A stretch of DNA of 64,000 bases from positions 207,080,001 to 207,144,000 of the forward strand of contig OX597814.1 of assembly GCA_951406725.2 (NCBI GenBank). Direction: 5' to 3'. Below are positions 1-13,403 of the stretch, one piece after another. How positions within the stretch are numbered: position 1 is the stretch's first letter; each line of letters starts with the position of its first letter. The stretch comes from Octopus vulgaris (lineage: Eukaryota). A program made the position numbers and the translations under genes. The notes beneath the pieces are model-generated. The model was not told the DNA's origin, did no database searches, and saw nothing but the letters and a program-made list of their open reading frames with translations.

Positions 1-244
1 GTAATAAATCGAAATGACTTGGCCTTATCAGCATTCACAAGGATTACTTTGATATTGATGACGTCTACCATCCCTCAATTATTGTCAATAATCAATGCTA
101 ACATTCATCTTGACAGTTCCCTTTTAGATAAAATTATTGAAACAATTAATGTGTTTAAAGAATGAAATAAATAACGAAGGATTTTTTTAATTAATCAATA
201 AAAAATAAATAAATAATATTTTACTATTATTCTTTTTTTTTTTT

Positions 245-622
245 TATTTGTTTCAGTCATTTGATTGCGGCCGTGCTTGAGCACCGCCTCTTAGACAAAG
301 AAATCGACTTTGGGACTTATTCTTTGTAAGCCTGGTACTTCTTCTGTCTGTCTCTTTTACCGAACCACTAAGTAACGGGGACGTAAACACGCCAACATAG
401 GTTACCAGGCCATAGTGGTGAGGGGACAAACAGAAACACATAAATATATACATATTCATATACGACAGGTTTCTTTCAGTTTCCGTCTACCAAATCCACT
501 CATAAGGCTTTAGTCGGCCCGAGGCTACAGTAGAAGACACTTGCCCTAAGTGCGACACAGTGGGACTGAACCCGGAATTATGCGCACCGTTGGGAAGAAA
601 GCTTCTTACCACACAGCCAAAC
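245..622 (-). mobile_element. tRNA-derived SINE, family A (CR1-like 3' tail)
   Basis: Box-B-like GGTTCAGTCCC on the minus strand near 560-575. The body (aaatccactc..aggcttt.gtcggcccgaggcta) recurs at 17445, 38845, 47700, 48110 and 49435. The 3' stem-loop tail resembles the 3' end of the LINE at 49670. Confidence 0.85.
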
Positions 623-699
623 CTAGAAATTATTTCATCTTTTTTAAATACATTGTAAAATTTTAATAAAGCCGATGTCCATTGATATATATATATCTC

Positions 700-1030
700 T
701 TTTTACTTTTACTCCGCCGGTTACGACGACGAGGGTCCCAGCTGATACGATCAACGGAACAGCTTGCTCGTGAAATTAACGTGCAAATGGCTGAGCATTC
801 CACAGACACGTGTACCCTTAACGTAGTTCTCGGGGATAATCAGCATGACACAGAGAGTGACAAGGCTGACCCTTTGAAATACAAGTACAGCTCATTTTTG
901 CCAGCTGAGTGGACTGGAGCAACATGAAATAAAGTGTCTTGCTCAAGGACACAACGCGTCGCCAGGAATCGAACTCACAACCTTACGATCATGAGCCGAA
1001 TGCCCTAACCACTAAGCCACGCGCCCTCAC
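700..1030 (-). mobile_element. tRNA-derived SINE, family C
   Basis: Minus strand begins GTGAGGGCGCGTGGCTTAGTGGTTAGGG (box A) ... GAGTTCGATTCC (box B). The body is homologous to the plus-strand copies at 41833-42468. Confidence 0.85.
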
Positions 1031-1149
1031 TTATATATATATACAGAAACACAAAAAGCTTGACTGAAATATATGTAAAGTGTTACACATACCCAGCATC
1101 ATAAACATGTACATGCATATGTATGATACATATACATGCGTAAATATAC

Positions 1150-1217
<68 letters not shown>

Positions 1218-1243
1218 ATGTATACGACGCCATTCACCACAAG

Positions 1244-1297
1244 ATATGTTCTCAGATCAAACTCAACACAAAAGTGTAGTTTGATCTGAGAACATAT
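1244..1297. repeat. 20-bp perfect inverted repeat (hairpin)
   Basis: atatgttctcagatcaaact (1244-1263) and agtttgatctgagaacatat (1278-1297). Confidence 0.9.
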
Positions 1298-1674
1298 GTA
1301 TGTATGTATGCTTTCACGGCGCCGTTTTTACAATCCTTCTTTTTTAATATGCTAACCACTGGTCTTAATTGATAAATATCAATAATTAATTATATATATA
1401 TATATATATGTACATATGTATGTATGTAGCTTTCACGGCGCCGTTTTACAATCAGAGCTTATGTCGATCACCGTGCAATGACTAGGAAAATAGTCTAATA
1501 AAGGGGCATCTAAGCCCTCGACAGAAAAAAGAAGGCTTTCCTATCTGCGTGGGGGTCGAACCCATATCCCTACTCCCATGCCAATAGGAAAACCTTTTTT
1601 TCTGTCGAGAGCTTATATGTCCCTTTATTAGACTATTTTCCTTAGTCACTGCACGGTGATCGTCATCGTCAATA

Positions 1675-1718
<44 letters not shown>

Positions 1719-1758
1719 CCTGAGCGCCATACTAATACAATTGTTCGTTTGTTTTCCA

Positions 1759-1859
<101 letters not shown>

Positions 1860-2810
1860 GTATGTATATATATATACATCTATATATGCATATATACATA
1901 AGTATATGTACATACTTACATCTATACGTATATACATATGAATATGTGGGAACAGGATGTCACGGAATGTAAACATAACAAACGAAATACGAATACATGG
2001 AATATGAACTTTCTTTGCAAAAACTAAAGAAACAAATGGAAAACAAAACAAGTAACATAACGAACGACACTTCATCAGTTGTCGGCTGTTTTTCCAATCC
2101 GTATTTCGAGCAATTCAACGACAAGATACGCCTTCGATAGAACACTTGCTCCCGCGAAGCAAATTTAATAAAATTTGGGGTTTTGCGGAGGGTCAAATTT
2201 GGTAACAAAAACAGGACAGTGAAAACAAACAGGAAGGGCTGCTAAGTCTAAATGTGGTGAAATGGTGAACGCGGAGAAACAAGCTTGGACAGGAGACAGA
2301 CAGGAATGCGTCTGATTCCTTCAGCTGCAACAGAAAGAAAGAAAGAGAAAGAAAAAATATATGAGTGTGTGTATACACATATACATAGATATGCATGTTA
2401 TTTATAAGAAACAAAAATTTCTGTTAAAATCCCAGGAGGATAACTTTACCACGACGACTATTATCATTACTGCTGCTAGTTATTGAACTGCTCCAGCCAC
2501 TGCTATAGAAATCAGTCTTGACCACACTACTTAATTTACCATCACGGACAGTAGTAATTTGCCATCACAGACAGTGCCACTAGTAATGCCATGAAAATTA
2601 AAGGAAATTACCTGCTCTTGCATGAAAAAAGAAAGTACACTATGAATGCTTATTTTAATAATTTTATTAATAACTTTTTTCTCTACATCTTCCAATTTTT
2701 TTATAAGGTTTTTCAAAAACAGAAACATGTAAAACAAAAACACTTTTCTTTTAATGTATTTGTAAAAAGAAATACAAATGTATCTAATTTTCGTTCTTCT
2801 TTTCCATATA

Positions 2811-2854
<44 letters not shown>

Positions 2855-2996
2855 TAAAAAATGGAGTTAACGCAGGTGTAAACAAATATTTTTACTTTCG
2901 ACACATGTTTCGAAAATTCCACTGATACTATTCAAAAGAATAAATGGTATAAACAATGCAATCTTCTCCTCAGGAAAGTGAAAAAAACGGAACTCG

Positions 2997-5229
2997 TCAA
3001 TAAGACATTTTAGCAAAAAATGATGGATTTGTATAGCGATAGACAGAACGCTATTAATATTGTTTAAAAAAAAACGTCATATGATATAACGTCATAAGTA
3101 GCTAACAGAAAGAGTAAGGATATTAATAGTGAATGTTAAATATAAAGGAAATTAAAGTTTAAATTATATATAATGATAGACTACTTATATGCACTAAATG
3201 TATGTTTTTGCTAATGCTTACATCTGTATGCTCGTTCTATAACCGTGTTTACTAGAGTATTTTTAGAAAAAATAATGAAAAATAATGAAAAAAATTTTTT
3301 ACTAACCCACCATTAAGGCTTATCTGCCCTTCTAGCTCTGACATCGGTATCCTTAGTAAAAATATACTAGATAAATATATTCTTAATTTAATCAAAACAT
3401 TAAAACTTAGTTTATGGACTAATTCATTTGAAGTAGTTGACTGGTTTAGGTCTATTAACATTAAGGTGAGTACAAAGTTTATCCAGTTTGATATTTCCAA
3501 TTTTTATTCATCTATTAATCCAATAGTACTTAATAAGGCACTTTGGCTTGCTCATAACAAAGCTGGTCTCACCCAAGAATAAATTAATGTTGTGTTGGCA
3601 GCCAGAAGATCTATTATTAAATTTGATGATAAGTTGTGGGTCCGTAAAGACACACCAGATAGTTTCGATATACCAATGGGAAGTTCTGATTCAGCACAGA
3701 TAGCTGATTTGGTCTGTATAGATATTCTTTTTGAAATGGCTGAAGAATTCCCTAACATTTATGGAGGTCTATATCGTGATGATTGTTTACTTTACCTCCA
3801 AAATGTTTCCAACCAAAAGGTACAAAAAGTTAAGAATAGTTTAGTTAATTTTTTCAGTAGAATGGGCTTAAAAATCGTTTTTGATGACGATCTGACGAAG
3901 GCCAACTTTTTAGATATTACGCTTAATTTACACAGTGACTCTTACTTCCCATATCATAAACCGTTGATCAATCTTAAGTCCATTAGCAAATTTAGTAATC
4001 ATCCTGGAGCAAGTACTAAGAACTTAGTTAAGAATATTTCATTTAGATTATCTAAATTATCTGCTAATGTTGATATTTTCAATAATAACGCTGAATTCTA
4101 TAACTCTGCCTTAATCAAAGCAGGTTATACAGAAAAAATTTTCTACATTGATTCTGCTCAGTCTAATTGTAAATTCAATAATGTAGATAAGATTTCTAGT
4201 CGTAAAAGAATTATTGATAACAAACATTACTTACGCACCGATACAAAGCGAATGAAGGCAGATAACCCTTATTTTATCCCCTATTATCGATCTAAAAGTA
4301 AATATAACACCTTCAAAAGTAATTACGCTATGAATACTAGTAAAAATATTTGGTTAATAATTCCTTACGGGAGACAAATTAAATCTAATCTCCCACTGCT
4401 GTTTCGTCAAGCTATTGCCAGGAATTTTCCAAACAATTCTAGATATTACTCTATAATTAATTCACATAAGGTTAGGATAGGGTTTTCAAACACAAAAAAT
4501 CTCTTGCAAATTATATCTTCTCATAATAACAAACTGTTAAATATTAATACATTTACTAATACTAACATTAATTTAGCTAATACCATCCAACCCTCTAGAA
4601 ATATTAATAACAAGGTTATTGTATCTGAAGTCAATTCCAATAGAATTAAATTTATGCCAAGTAACTCTAAGATTAAAAATTCTATATACCAGTGTATAAT
4701 CAGTACTCGTAATAAAGTACGATTTTACATTGGAAGCACATCGTTAGAGTTATCTAAAAGAATTTCTATCCATTACTCAACATTTAGGGATAGAAATAAA
4801 CGGAATAGTACCGATCTCAGCAAACTGATTTGGGATTTAAAAGACCACAACGAACAATTTCATTTAGAATGGTTGATCCTCTCAATTTCGATACCATATG
4901 ACAAAGGCAAGAAATTCTGTCTTCTCTGCAATTCTGAGCTATTTTTCATTATTTTTTCTAAAAATACTCTAGTAAACACGGTTATAGAACGAGCATACAG
5001 ATGTAAGCATTGGCAAAAACATACATTTAGTGCATATAAGTAGTCTCTATCATTATATATAATTTAAACTTTAATTTCCTTTATATTTAACATTCACTAT
5101 TAATATCCTTATTCTTTCTGTTAGCTACTTATGACGTTATATCATATAACGTTTTTTTTAAAACAATATTAATAGCGTTCTGTCTATCGCTATACAAATC
5201 CATCATTTTTTGCTAAAATGTCTTATTGA
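2997..5229 (+). mobile_element. Penelope-like retroelement (Naiad-like), 5'-truncated, with inverted terminal repeat
   Basis: RT and GIY-YIG ORF. 2997-3283 is the reverse complement of 4942-5229 (~290 bp), the inverted pseudo-LTR arrangement known for Penelope-like elements. Confidence 0.9.
3301..5043 (+). pseudogene. Penelope RT + GIY-YIG endonuclease with one premature stop (3580-3582)
   Basis: RT motifs RLICP, FIQFDISNFY, FDIPMGS, LYRDD, FLDITL. Endonuclease motifs IYQC..FYIGST..KRISIH..LSKLIWDLK..CLLCNSE. The frame from 3301 is continuous with the 3592 ORF apart from TAA at 3580. Confidence 0.9.
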
Positions 5230-5231
5230 AC

Positions 5232-5805
5232 ATAAAGATATCTTGAAAAACTAAAGAGTAAATATATTCAATAAAATCACAATTGGTTTCGACCACTGCC
5301 TTCAAGTGACTTCGGAATCTCCTGCAACTCTTCTGTACGGTCTCCTTGTTTAAGTTGGCGAATGCTGCCATAATCTTTGCCTTCATTTCATACTTGGTAA
5401 TACAATTGTTTGGCAGCCTCATGAGGCTGCTAGACAATTCCTGCGACCACATCACTCCTAAGGTCTGGCCACCTAGTTCCCCAGATTGCCATCCACTTGG
5501 CTATTATGTGTGGGGCTCAGTTGAGCGAGAAGCCAGCAAAACTCCTTGTAGTACCAAGTATGAACTGAAGGCAAGGATTATGGCAGCATTCGCCAACTTA
5601 AACAAGGAGACCGTACAGAAGAGTTGCAGGAGATTCCGAAGTCACTTGAAGGCAGTGGTTGAAACCAATTGTGATTTTATTGAATACATTTACTCTTTAG
5701 TATTTCAAGATATCTTTATGTAATTTTGGTAAATATATCTGTTAAAATGAGATGTCAGTGTTATTTTAATTTTTGCGTAATTTAGATAACAGTTTATTCA
5801 CTACA

Positions 5806-5812
<7 letters not shown>
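5232..5812 (+). mobile_element. Tc1/mariner transposase C-terminal remnant with an inverted partial duplicate
   Basis: WPPSSPDCHPLGYYVWG is the SPDLNP-type motif (5460-5515). 5232-5400 is an inverted copy of ~5550-5720. Confidence 0.8.
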
Positions 5813-5854
<42 letters not shown>

Positions 5855-5855
<1 letters not shown>

Positions 5856-6300
5856 CAAGACGTCAAGCATAAAGGCAAGGCAAACATTTCAAGTCATATA
5901 CAATATTATTACAGGAAGAAATTCATGGTCTTACAGCCGTTTCTGAGATATCCCCAAGTATGGGATATTCTGTCATCAGAGATGAATAGGAGAAAAAAAT
6001 ATGGAAAATGCGAATGGGATATATCAATAAGATGACAACAGTTAGCCACTACACACATTTTTTCTCTCCATTTCTGTCTCCCTTTCAGTAGAAGAGCGTA
6101 GGCTCGAAATGTAAAAGACTTTTTCTATTTATGGAAGCCAAAGCAGGAGTCCTTAGGTGCAATCCTGCGTAGATCCATAAGCGTAAGTCTTTAGGTTCAA
6201 TCCTGCATACATCCATGTGGGTTAAAGTCCTCATATAGTAGACATCCCAAGAAAAAGATTCGAATATATCAACGTTCAATATAACAGAATGTCAACTGTG
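5855..6300 (-). mobile_element. Hammerhead-bearing Penelope pLTR-like element with two 38-bp units; a second pLTR fragment is nested at ~6040-6135
   Basis: 5855-6040 matches 33265-33440, 6148-6218 is two satellite units, and 6218-6290 matches 37168-37240. Confidence 0.7.
5929..5982 (-). ncRNA. Minimal type I hammerhead ribozyme motif
   Basis: Minus strand reads TCT-CTGATGA-(stem II containing ATATCCC/GGGATAT)-GAAAC-GGCT-GTA-AGA. Confidence 0.75.
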
Positions 6301-6314
6301 AACAAAACCACCGT

Positions 6315-6489
<175 letters not shown>

Positions 6490-6513
6490 ATATGTATATA
6501 TATATAGAAAGTC

Positions 6514-6590
<77 letters not shown>

Positions 6591-6646
6591 AACAACGTGG
6601 GCACGTAGTACATGCAAAGTATTAATAAGAGAAGTAAATAAAGGAT

Positions 6647-6681
6647 GTTTTGCGTTTCGAGCAAAGCTCTTCTTCAGAAAC
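6647..6681 (-). ncRNA. Minimal hammerhead motif (degenerate cleavage site)
   Basis: GTTT-CTGAAGA-A-GAGC-TTT-GCTC-GAAAC-GCA-AAAC, with GCA in place of GTA. Confidence 0.6.
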
Positions 6682-7406
6682 AGGAGACAGAGGAAAGTCC
6701 AAGAGAAAAGGAAAGTGAAAGCAAAAAAATCGCCAATAGTCTACATGTGGTTGTATCACCCCCACTCTCTCTCTCTCTTTGTATATCTTAATATATAAAA
6801 TCCGTTCCGTCTATCTGTTTGTGCACTTATAACTCGAGTATTGTTCATCCGGTCGCAGTGTAATTTTAAACGTGGATATATGAGAGACTTGGGCGTCCCG
6901 TAATCTAAAAAGATTTTCAAAATCCTTAGTTTCAAAGTGAGAATCGCTATTTTTGTAATCTTTATGGCCTGTTTGTTCCACCATTAAAACAACCAGTTGC
7001 TCAGACAGCTAGCTCATGCCATTTCGCTAGCAACAAGGGGAGTACAGGATGACAGTCAGCCAAAACCGTCGCTATGCTGTCTCTATTCTTTCGCCTCTCT
7101 GTAGGGTTAATATTCTTAATCTTTAGTTTCAGTTTCTCATTAAACTACATAATAGGCAGAATTGTAGGATTGAGACAGTAGGGTTTTTTGAGGGAAATTT
7201 GGCTGCTATTTCTACCAGCTCTAGCTACCGTGTACAGGTCTGCCTCATCTTTGACATTATATATTCCTTATGCTTTTGACGTATGGGGTATCAAAAGATT
7301 CAATACTGTTTTCGCTACAAATTTAACTTAATTTTTATTCACATATTTGCATTTCAAAAGTTTAACATAAATCAACTATCGTAAACACACGCACGCACAC
7401 ACGCAT

Positions 7407-7489
<83 letters not shown>

Positions 7490-7779
7490 CATTTCGGATA
7501 GACGTACATACATCTTTCGCTTTCTTTCTCTGTTCTTTTCGCTTATCTTCTTTCAATTTCTGCTCTCTTGAAATAAACTTTTTACGGATACAACTGCTTA
7601 CAAAAATAGGGATTAATGTATAGTTTCTTTCTATGTTCATAATATTTTGTTTACAATATTGGAAAAATATGTCACTAAAGAAAATGCGTAATCTATCCAG
7701 AAACAAGTATAAAGCAAAGAAGGATTGTAGAATACTGAAGGCGAGAGTCCGAAGAAACTAGATGAGATTTTCTCAACAT

Positions 7780-8182
7780 CAGCAAAAACGTTAGCGCGCC
7801 GGGCGAAATTCTTAGAGGTATTTCGTCTGACGCTACGTTCTGAGTTCAAATTCCGCCGAGGTCGACTTTGCCTTTCATCCTCTCGGGGTCGATTAAATGA
7901 GTACCCGTTACACACTGGAGTCGATATAATCGACTTAATCCGTTTGTCTGTCCTTGTTTGTCCTCTGTGTTTAGCTCCTTGTGGGTAGTAAAGAAATAGG
8001 TATTTCTTCTGTCGTTACGTTCTGAGTTCAAATTCCGCCGAGGTCGACTTTGCCCTTCATCCTTTCGGGGTCGATAAACAAAGTACCAGTTATGCACTGG
8101 GGCCGATGTAATCGACTTAATTCGTTTGTCTGTCCTTGTTTGTCCCCTTTATGTTTAGCCCCTTGTGGGAAATAAAGAAATA
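7780..8182 (+). mobile_element. SINE family B (tRNA head, Meta-domain-like core), internally duplicated
   Basis: ttctgagttcaaattccgccgaggtcgactttgcc(t/c)ttcatcct..cggggtcgat occurs twice. Further copies at 9120, 20715, 22403, 28815, 56385 and 58800. Confidence 0.85.
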
Positions 8183-9112
8183 TATATGAAACGACAAAAA
8201 TATTTGTACAAGACCGCATACCATTGGGTTATTGCACCTTAATATTAGGAATCCCAGAAAGTTATGAAAAGGTATCCCTTTTTGTGGTTCACCTCTACAT
8301 ATTTTTCAACTTTATCCTCTTCGTTCTTTCCAGTCGTTTAAGTGAGACTATCGCTTATAATACATTACATCAAAGATCCACTTTCACGTTTCTCATTCAA
8401 AATAAGAGATTATTCGAGAAGTATGGCAGTTTAAATGTTTCTACACTACAGGATTATGATCTACTCTATGCAATAATAAAAGCTAATATTTCTACTGCTT
8501 TATTTCAAAATTTCTGGCACTTAACAATTCATAAGTGGATTAAAGAAAATTTGGTTATATTACTACGAGAAAATATGTCAAACCAATTCACTTTACTACT
8601 TTGTTTTTTATTATCGTTACAGTTTTTTCTGCTGTATTATTTCTGTGCCTCTTTTATTACAGAACCTTAATTCTTTACCTGATTTTATGTTTGACACCAA
8701 GTTATTTCAGCGGTCATATTTTTTCAATTATATTTTAAAGATTATCACTGTATTTTCAACTTTTGTATCATTGCCGTTTTATATATTACGAGGATATGCT
8801 TCAATCTTTATATTTCTAATAAGTTTTGAAGTCATGTGCATTTATACATTCAATGCATCTTTCGCAATGCTTGCTAAACCTGGTATTGCAGGCGATATAC
8901 GGTGTGTTGCCATGTTTTTTGTCTATGGTATTGCCGATTACAAAAGTTGTTCAGAAACAGTATGACACTATAATAGTTTAATCCATAAATTTAGCCAAAA
9001 ATATTTGTCCAAACTTTGTCCAGGCATATTAAAGAGAAGTCATACGTGTCAATTTGTTCAAAGCAATTTTTAGCCATGATTTTTCAATGAGATACGAGAT
9101 TGGGAAATCATT
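8183..9112 (+). pseudogene. Inverted, frameshifted fragment of the multi-pass membrane protein family
   Basis: Translates to YETTKIFVQDRIPLGY..LILGIPESYE..LSETIAYNTLHQRST..EKYGSLN..QDYDLLYAI.KANISTAL..LAKP..AMFFVYGI..RYEIGKS, matching the 13404-15611 ORF with deletions and frameshifts. Confidence 0.9.
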
Positions 9113-9119
9113 TTCTACT

Positions 9120-9265
9120 ATAGGCTTGAAATTTTGGGGGAAGGAACAAGTGATTACATAGACCTCAGTACTTAACTGGTACTTAATTTATCGACGCCGA
9201 AAGAATGAAAGGCAAAGTCGACCACAGTGGAATTTGAACTCAGAATGTAGCGGCAGATGAAATCT
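9120..9265 (-). mobile_element. SINE family B fragment
   Basis: Reverse complement of the core (actggtacttaatttatcgacgccgaaagaatgaaaggcaaagtcgacc). Confidence 0.8.
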
Positions 9266-9335
9266 AGGCTGTCCAACAAGTCCCCTTGGTGTGTTATAGT
9301 CCCCTTGTATTATAATCAAATGAATAATAACAGAC

Positions 9336-9418
9336 GATTACAGCTGTTTCTTACGCATTTTGTTAATAGAAGAATGAGAACATTACTCACTTACAAAAAA
9401 ACCCGTAATCATCAGATG
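9336..9418 (-). ncRNA. Hammerhead ribozyme motif at the end of a probable decayed Penelope remnant (~9300-10190)
   Basis: CTGATGA-TTACG...CGTAA-GAAAC-AGCT-GTA with palindromic stem III (ACAGCTGT). Confidence 0.7.
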
Positions 9419-10207
9419 AAACGTAATTTTACAGACAACAGAAAATTTCGAGAATAAAGCAGAGGCCAACTATGAAATGGGAGAAAGAATAATAAAGCTG
9501 GCCGTTGAGGTTAAGAAGATAGTTTGTGAAAGGGTGTAATATGATATCTGAGGTCATTGATCTGGTTGAGATAGGAGTCTGCTGGGCTGGTTCTTAGAGA
9601 GGCTGGAGTGGAGCGTAGTTGATATTTCATTATAATAGGCTTAGAGCAGGGGGTAGCTGGGAGAGTACCTAGGATAGATTAAAGATAGGAGGAAGAAAGA
9701 AAGCCAAAGTAAAGAGAAAAATATCTTAATTTAATTTGTGTGTATTTCCAGATCTTTGTATTTTGAAAGTTTCTCCGTTTCTTTTAGAGAGACGTTGGCT
9801 CAGGTTCGGTCTTATTGGGTAGAGATGGAGGCACTGCCTTCCAGTGTGTCTATCCAAAGGTGGTCGACAGTGGCAAGACTGGTGAGACTGAATGGATCTA
9901 CTCTGAATAGGATTTTCTAAGCAAGAGGAAAGCAACTGGAAGAGGGCACTTACCCATGCCTTAGAAATGGCGAAGTAATCCGGGATTACTCTTAGTGGAC
10001 TTCCTCGCTATTGAGGATTCCATTTATTTATTTATTATTCATTTCTCTTTCAAACATATATCCTCTGTTATATCCTTTAATGTGGTAGTATCTCCCCTTG
10101 ATTGATATTACGCCCACATGATTTTCACATGATTTTGTAATTTTTCTTTGTGCTATAACACATCCTTTAATATTGTCCTTCATGTCACTACCGAGCGCAG
10201 CTCTGTG

Positions 10208-10228
10208 TTATTATTATTATTATAATTA

Positions 10229-10311
<83 letters not shown>
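10208..10311. repeat. (TTA)n microsatellite
   Basis: Direct inspection. Confidence 0.95.
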
Positions 10312-10312
<1 letters not shown>

Positions 10313-10669
10313 GGATCCGGCTATCAGCTGAAACCATTGTGAAGATTACCCCCCCTCTCTTGACCAGGAGAGGAAAGCAAGTTTTATTTGTCTAGTGGCT
10401 GTAACTAAAGAGGTAGTATGGTGGATCCGTTTGAAAGGTCTAATCCCACATTAACTTTAAGCCCATATTAGCCAAGCCCACATAAACTTTTTCAAGTTTC
10501 ACTTGAAAAGGAAACTGAGGGTGGAGAACGAAGTATTGCCTTGTGACATATTTGTTGAAAGGTGGGTGAAAGGTGGAATTATGACCAGTGTGAAAGGACC
10601 AATTCTGAGCGTGGACCTGTAAACAAAAGAAGGGCTCTTTCTTGTTGTTCAGGTACCCGTAACTATTGT

Positions 10670-11860
10670 GGGTTTACTTTGTCATGTCTGTATATATATT
10701 CAGACATGGCAAGTATTGGGCAGTCCGAGATGATGTGGTCAACCGTATCTGTGTTGATTGCACATTCAGCATTTGGTTGAGGCCTGTTTTCAGTATTTTG
10801 TTTTATAATTGTTTGTAGTTAGGCATTGGTCTTCTGCAGCGAGAATCAGTCCTACCGTTTCGGCTTTTAGTACAGAGCTTTTGAGCCATTGTTGGATTTT
10901 ACTTAGGCTCACTTCCTCTCTGTCAAGCCTTGCAGGGTATTGGACATGAAGTCATTTTTCTCTCCATTGACAATACTTGCCACATTGTCATGATGTCTCT
11001 TATATTCTTTCCGGGCTAGTGGCGTACACTGACTGGTAATATGCCATACGGTTTCACCATTTTGTCTACAAACTCTGTACTTATCACTTTCTGATGTGTT
11101 GTCTATTCTGTATTTGATATAATTGGTTCTTAATGCTTGATCTTAGGCAGCACAGATTAGAGTCTCCGTTTCTGGTTATAAATCACATTTAGTCATCCAT
11201 AGCCATCGTTTTTCTCTGTCTGTCTTATCTTCAACATCTCTATGAAATTTTTCATTCATTCTTTTCTTTATCCACCTATTTTCAGTTACATTCATTCTCA
11301 AGTGCTTGTACAATACTTTATCTTTGCAATCTTCCATCCTACACAAGTCTGACCTTCTTACGGAGACACTTGTTCATTCCTAAGGTTGACCCTCCAGTTC
11401 GTGGCCAAAGCTTGGTCTTGTGCTGCTGGTCTCGTTTTTTGGGGTTCCTTTCATCAACCAATACCACCTCCTTTCCCAGCAACTTCTGTGTCTGGCTACA
11501 TGGAATTGATTGTGTAGTCCCTTCTTGCGTAATTCTTCCTCATGTCCCTTTTTGTACTTCTTCCTTTGTTTTCCCATTTCTCACTGCCATCAATACTCAC
11601 TCGCTCCTAACTGTCGCTATGAAGGTTTCCTTACTTTGGGCTTAATATCTCATTAAGCTCTCGCGTTCGATACGTACGCAGTCTTCCATAACTATCAGTC
11701 CCTTTCCTCCATTTGCTCTCTTCATGTATAGACGATCAATGTCTTCACGTTGATGATGGGCTCCATGCATCATCAGGAGCTTTCTTGACTTCCTGTCCAT
11801 CTCCTTTAGCTCCTCCTCTGCTCACTTCAGGATTCCAGCGCCATACTGAACTACTGTGAC
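10670..11860 (-). mobile_element. R4/Dong-clade non-LTR retrotransposon fragments
   Basis: DTVDHIISDCPILAMSEYIYRHD zinc-knuckle region, ETETLICAA-like motif, KKGLHNQF. 11363-11860 is nearly identical to 23770-24260. Confidence 0.75.
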
Positions 11861-12109
11861 TGCGGGCAAGTTTATTTTTCTACCTGTCCGACGCGTCGGG
11901 TTTTTCTTCCTGAACAAAAATAACACCCGATGGAGGCCTCACTTCCACTCATGTTCATTTCTTCAACTCTACTCACTTTTTTGTTCCACACGCACACACA
12001 TATTATACATACATATATATATATATATAAATACATATACATTTCAAAATAACATATATGCGAATTTGCATATATATATATATAAAATATGTGTGTGCCT
12101 GTTGTATGG

Positions 12110-12289
12110 TACCCGCGCGAGCGAAAATACCACCGGAAGACCTCCACGACGGTGGAGTTACGATTTCAGGAGGACGATTGGGATCACGTGGATGAGAAAG
12201 GCGCGATCCAGAGAGGAGTGGACAGCGTGCTGTGACCAGCAGTGTCAAATGGACGCCTGACGGACTGGTCGGTCAAGGTGATCAAGGTG

Positions 12290-12290
<1 letters not shown>
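12110..12290 (+). mobile_element. RTE-clade LINE 3' end fragment
   Basis: GRPPRRWS...WMRKARSREEW followed by a short GGTGATCAA-type repeat tail. Confidence 0.6.
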
Positions 12291-12340
<50 letters not shown>

Positions 12341-12619
12341 TGTATGTATGTATGTATGTATGTATGCATATATATGTGTGTGTGTGTATGTATGTATGTG
12401 TGTGTGTATGTATGTATATATGTATACCTTGAAGACAGCTGCTGCTCGTGAAGTGAGAGATTCCACGCTATGTTGTCTATGGACTAATGCTGCTCCGTTT
12501 GTGCTTGCTTTTCAGAGTGTCCTTATACTTCAGTTAAGGCCTTCTTTGTTTGTGTGAACTGTACGTGAGCTCGCCATATACATTTATTTTTTTTACAATA
12601 GGACAATTTATATTATTTA

Positions 12620-13260
12620 ATCTCAACCGAAGCAATTAATCTGATAACATGGCCAGTGCAGCGTCGCTGTGCCTTCAGTAGTATGGACTCAAAGCTTCAT
12701 GAGCGAGTTCCTTGCAGCACTTCGTGGTTTGCCATCCTGACCTATCAGCGAATGCCTATGGTCCTGCGTAGTGCCCTTGTGCGAAAATGTCCTGGCTGTT
12801 TGACGTGCCGGCGGCGTGGGTTCTATGCTTCTCACCGAAAGAGCAGTTTAGAGACAACTACAACCTCGGAGACCTTAGACTTTGTTGACAGTCTGATGCC
12901 TTTCTGCTGGAGTACTTTCACTTTCAGTCTGCTAAATACCTGGCTGGCCTTGTGGATTTTGGGTGAGATTTCTATGTCAAGTGATCCATCGGGGGAGATT
13001 GTACTGCCAAGGTACTCGTAATTCTCCACACACTTCAGCTGAACTCCCCCAATGGTGATGCTTGGCTAGGATAAAATAGTGTTCGGGGCTGCTTGGGCTT
13101 GAACCTCCGTTTTCCCAAGGTTGTTGGTCAGTCTAAAAAGCCTTGATTCTTCTACAAAGCGAACGACCACGATCTGCACGTGATTTCCCTTGTGTACCAC
13201 TAGGTGCAAAGTTATCCGCAAATAGGGATTCAGCGATGAGCTTCGCCACCGATATGGTCG
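12620..13260 (-). mobile_element. RTE (BovB-like) LINE RT fragment
   Basis: ENYEYLGSTISPDGSLDIEI..KASQVFSRL...TKSKV; LFAD-like motif near 13215. Confidence 0.75.
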
Positions 13261-13403
13261 AGCCTGTGTGATTCTTTATAGGTATTTATATCCGTTTTTC
13301 GTATAGACTAATGCAGATCACTATTATTAAAATTATACAATGTGATTAAATAATTCGAACAAATTACTAAAAAGGCTTAAACAGTTTTATTTTACCACAA
13401 ATA

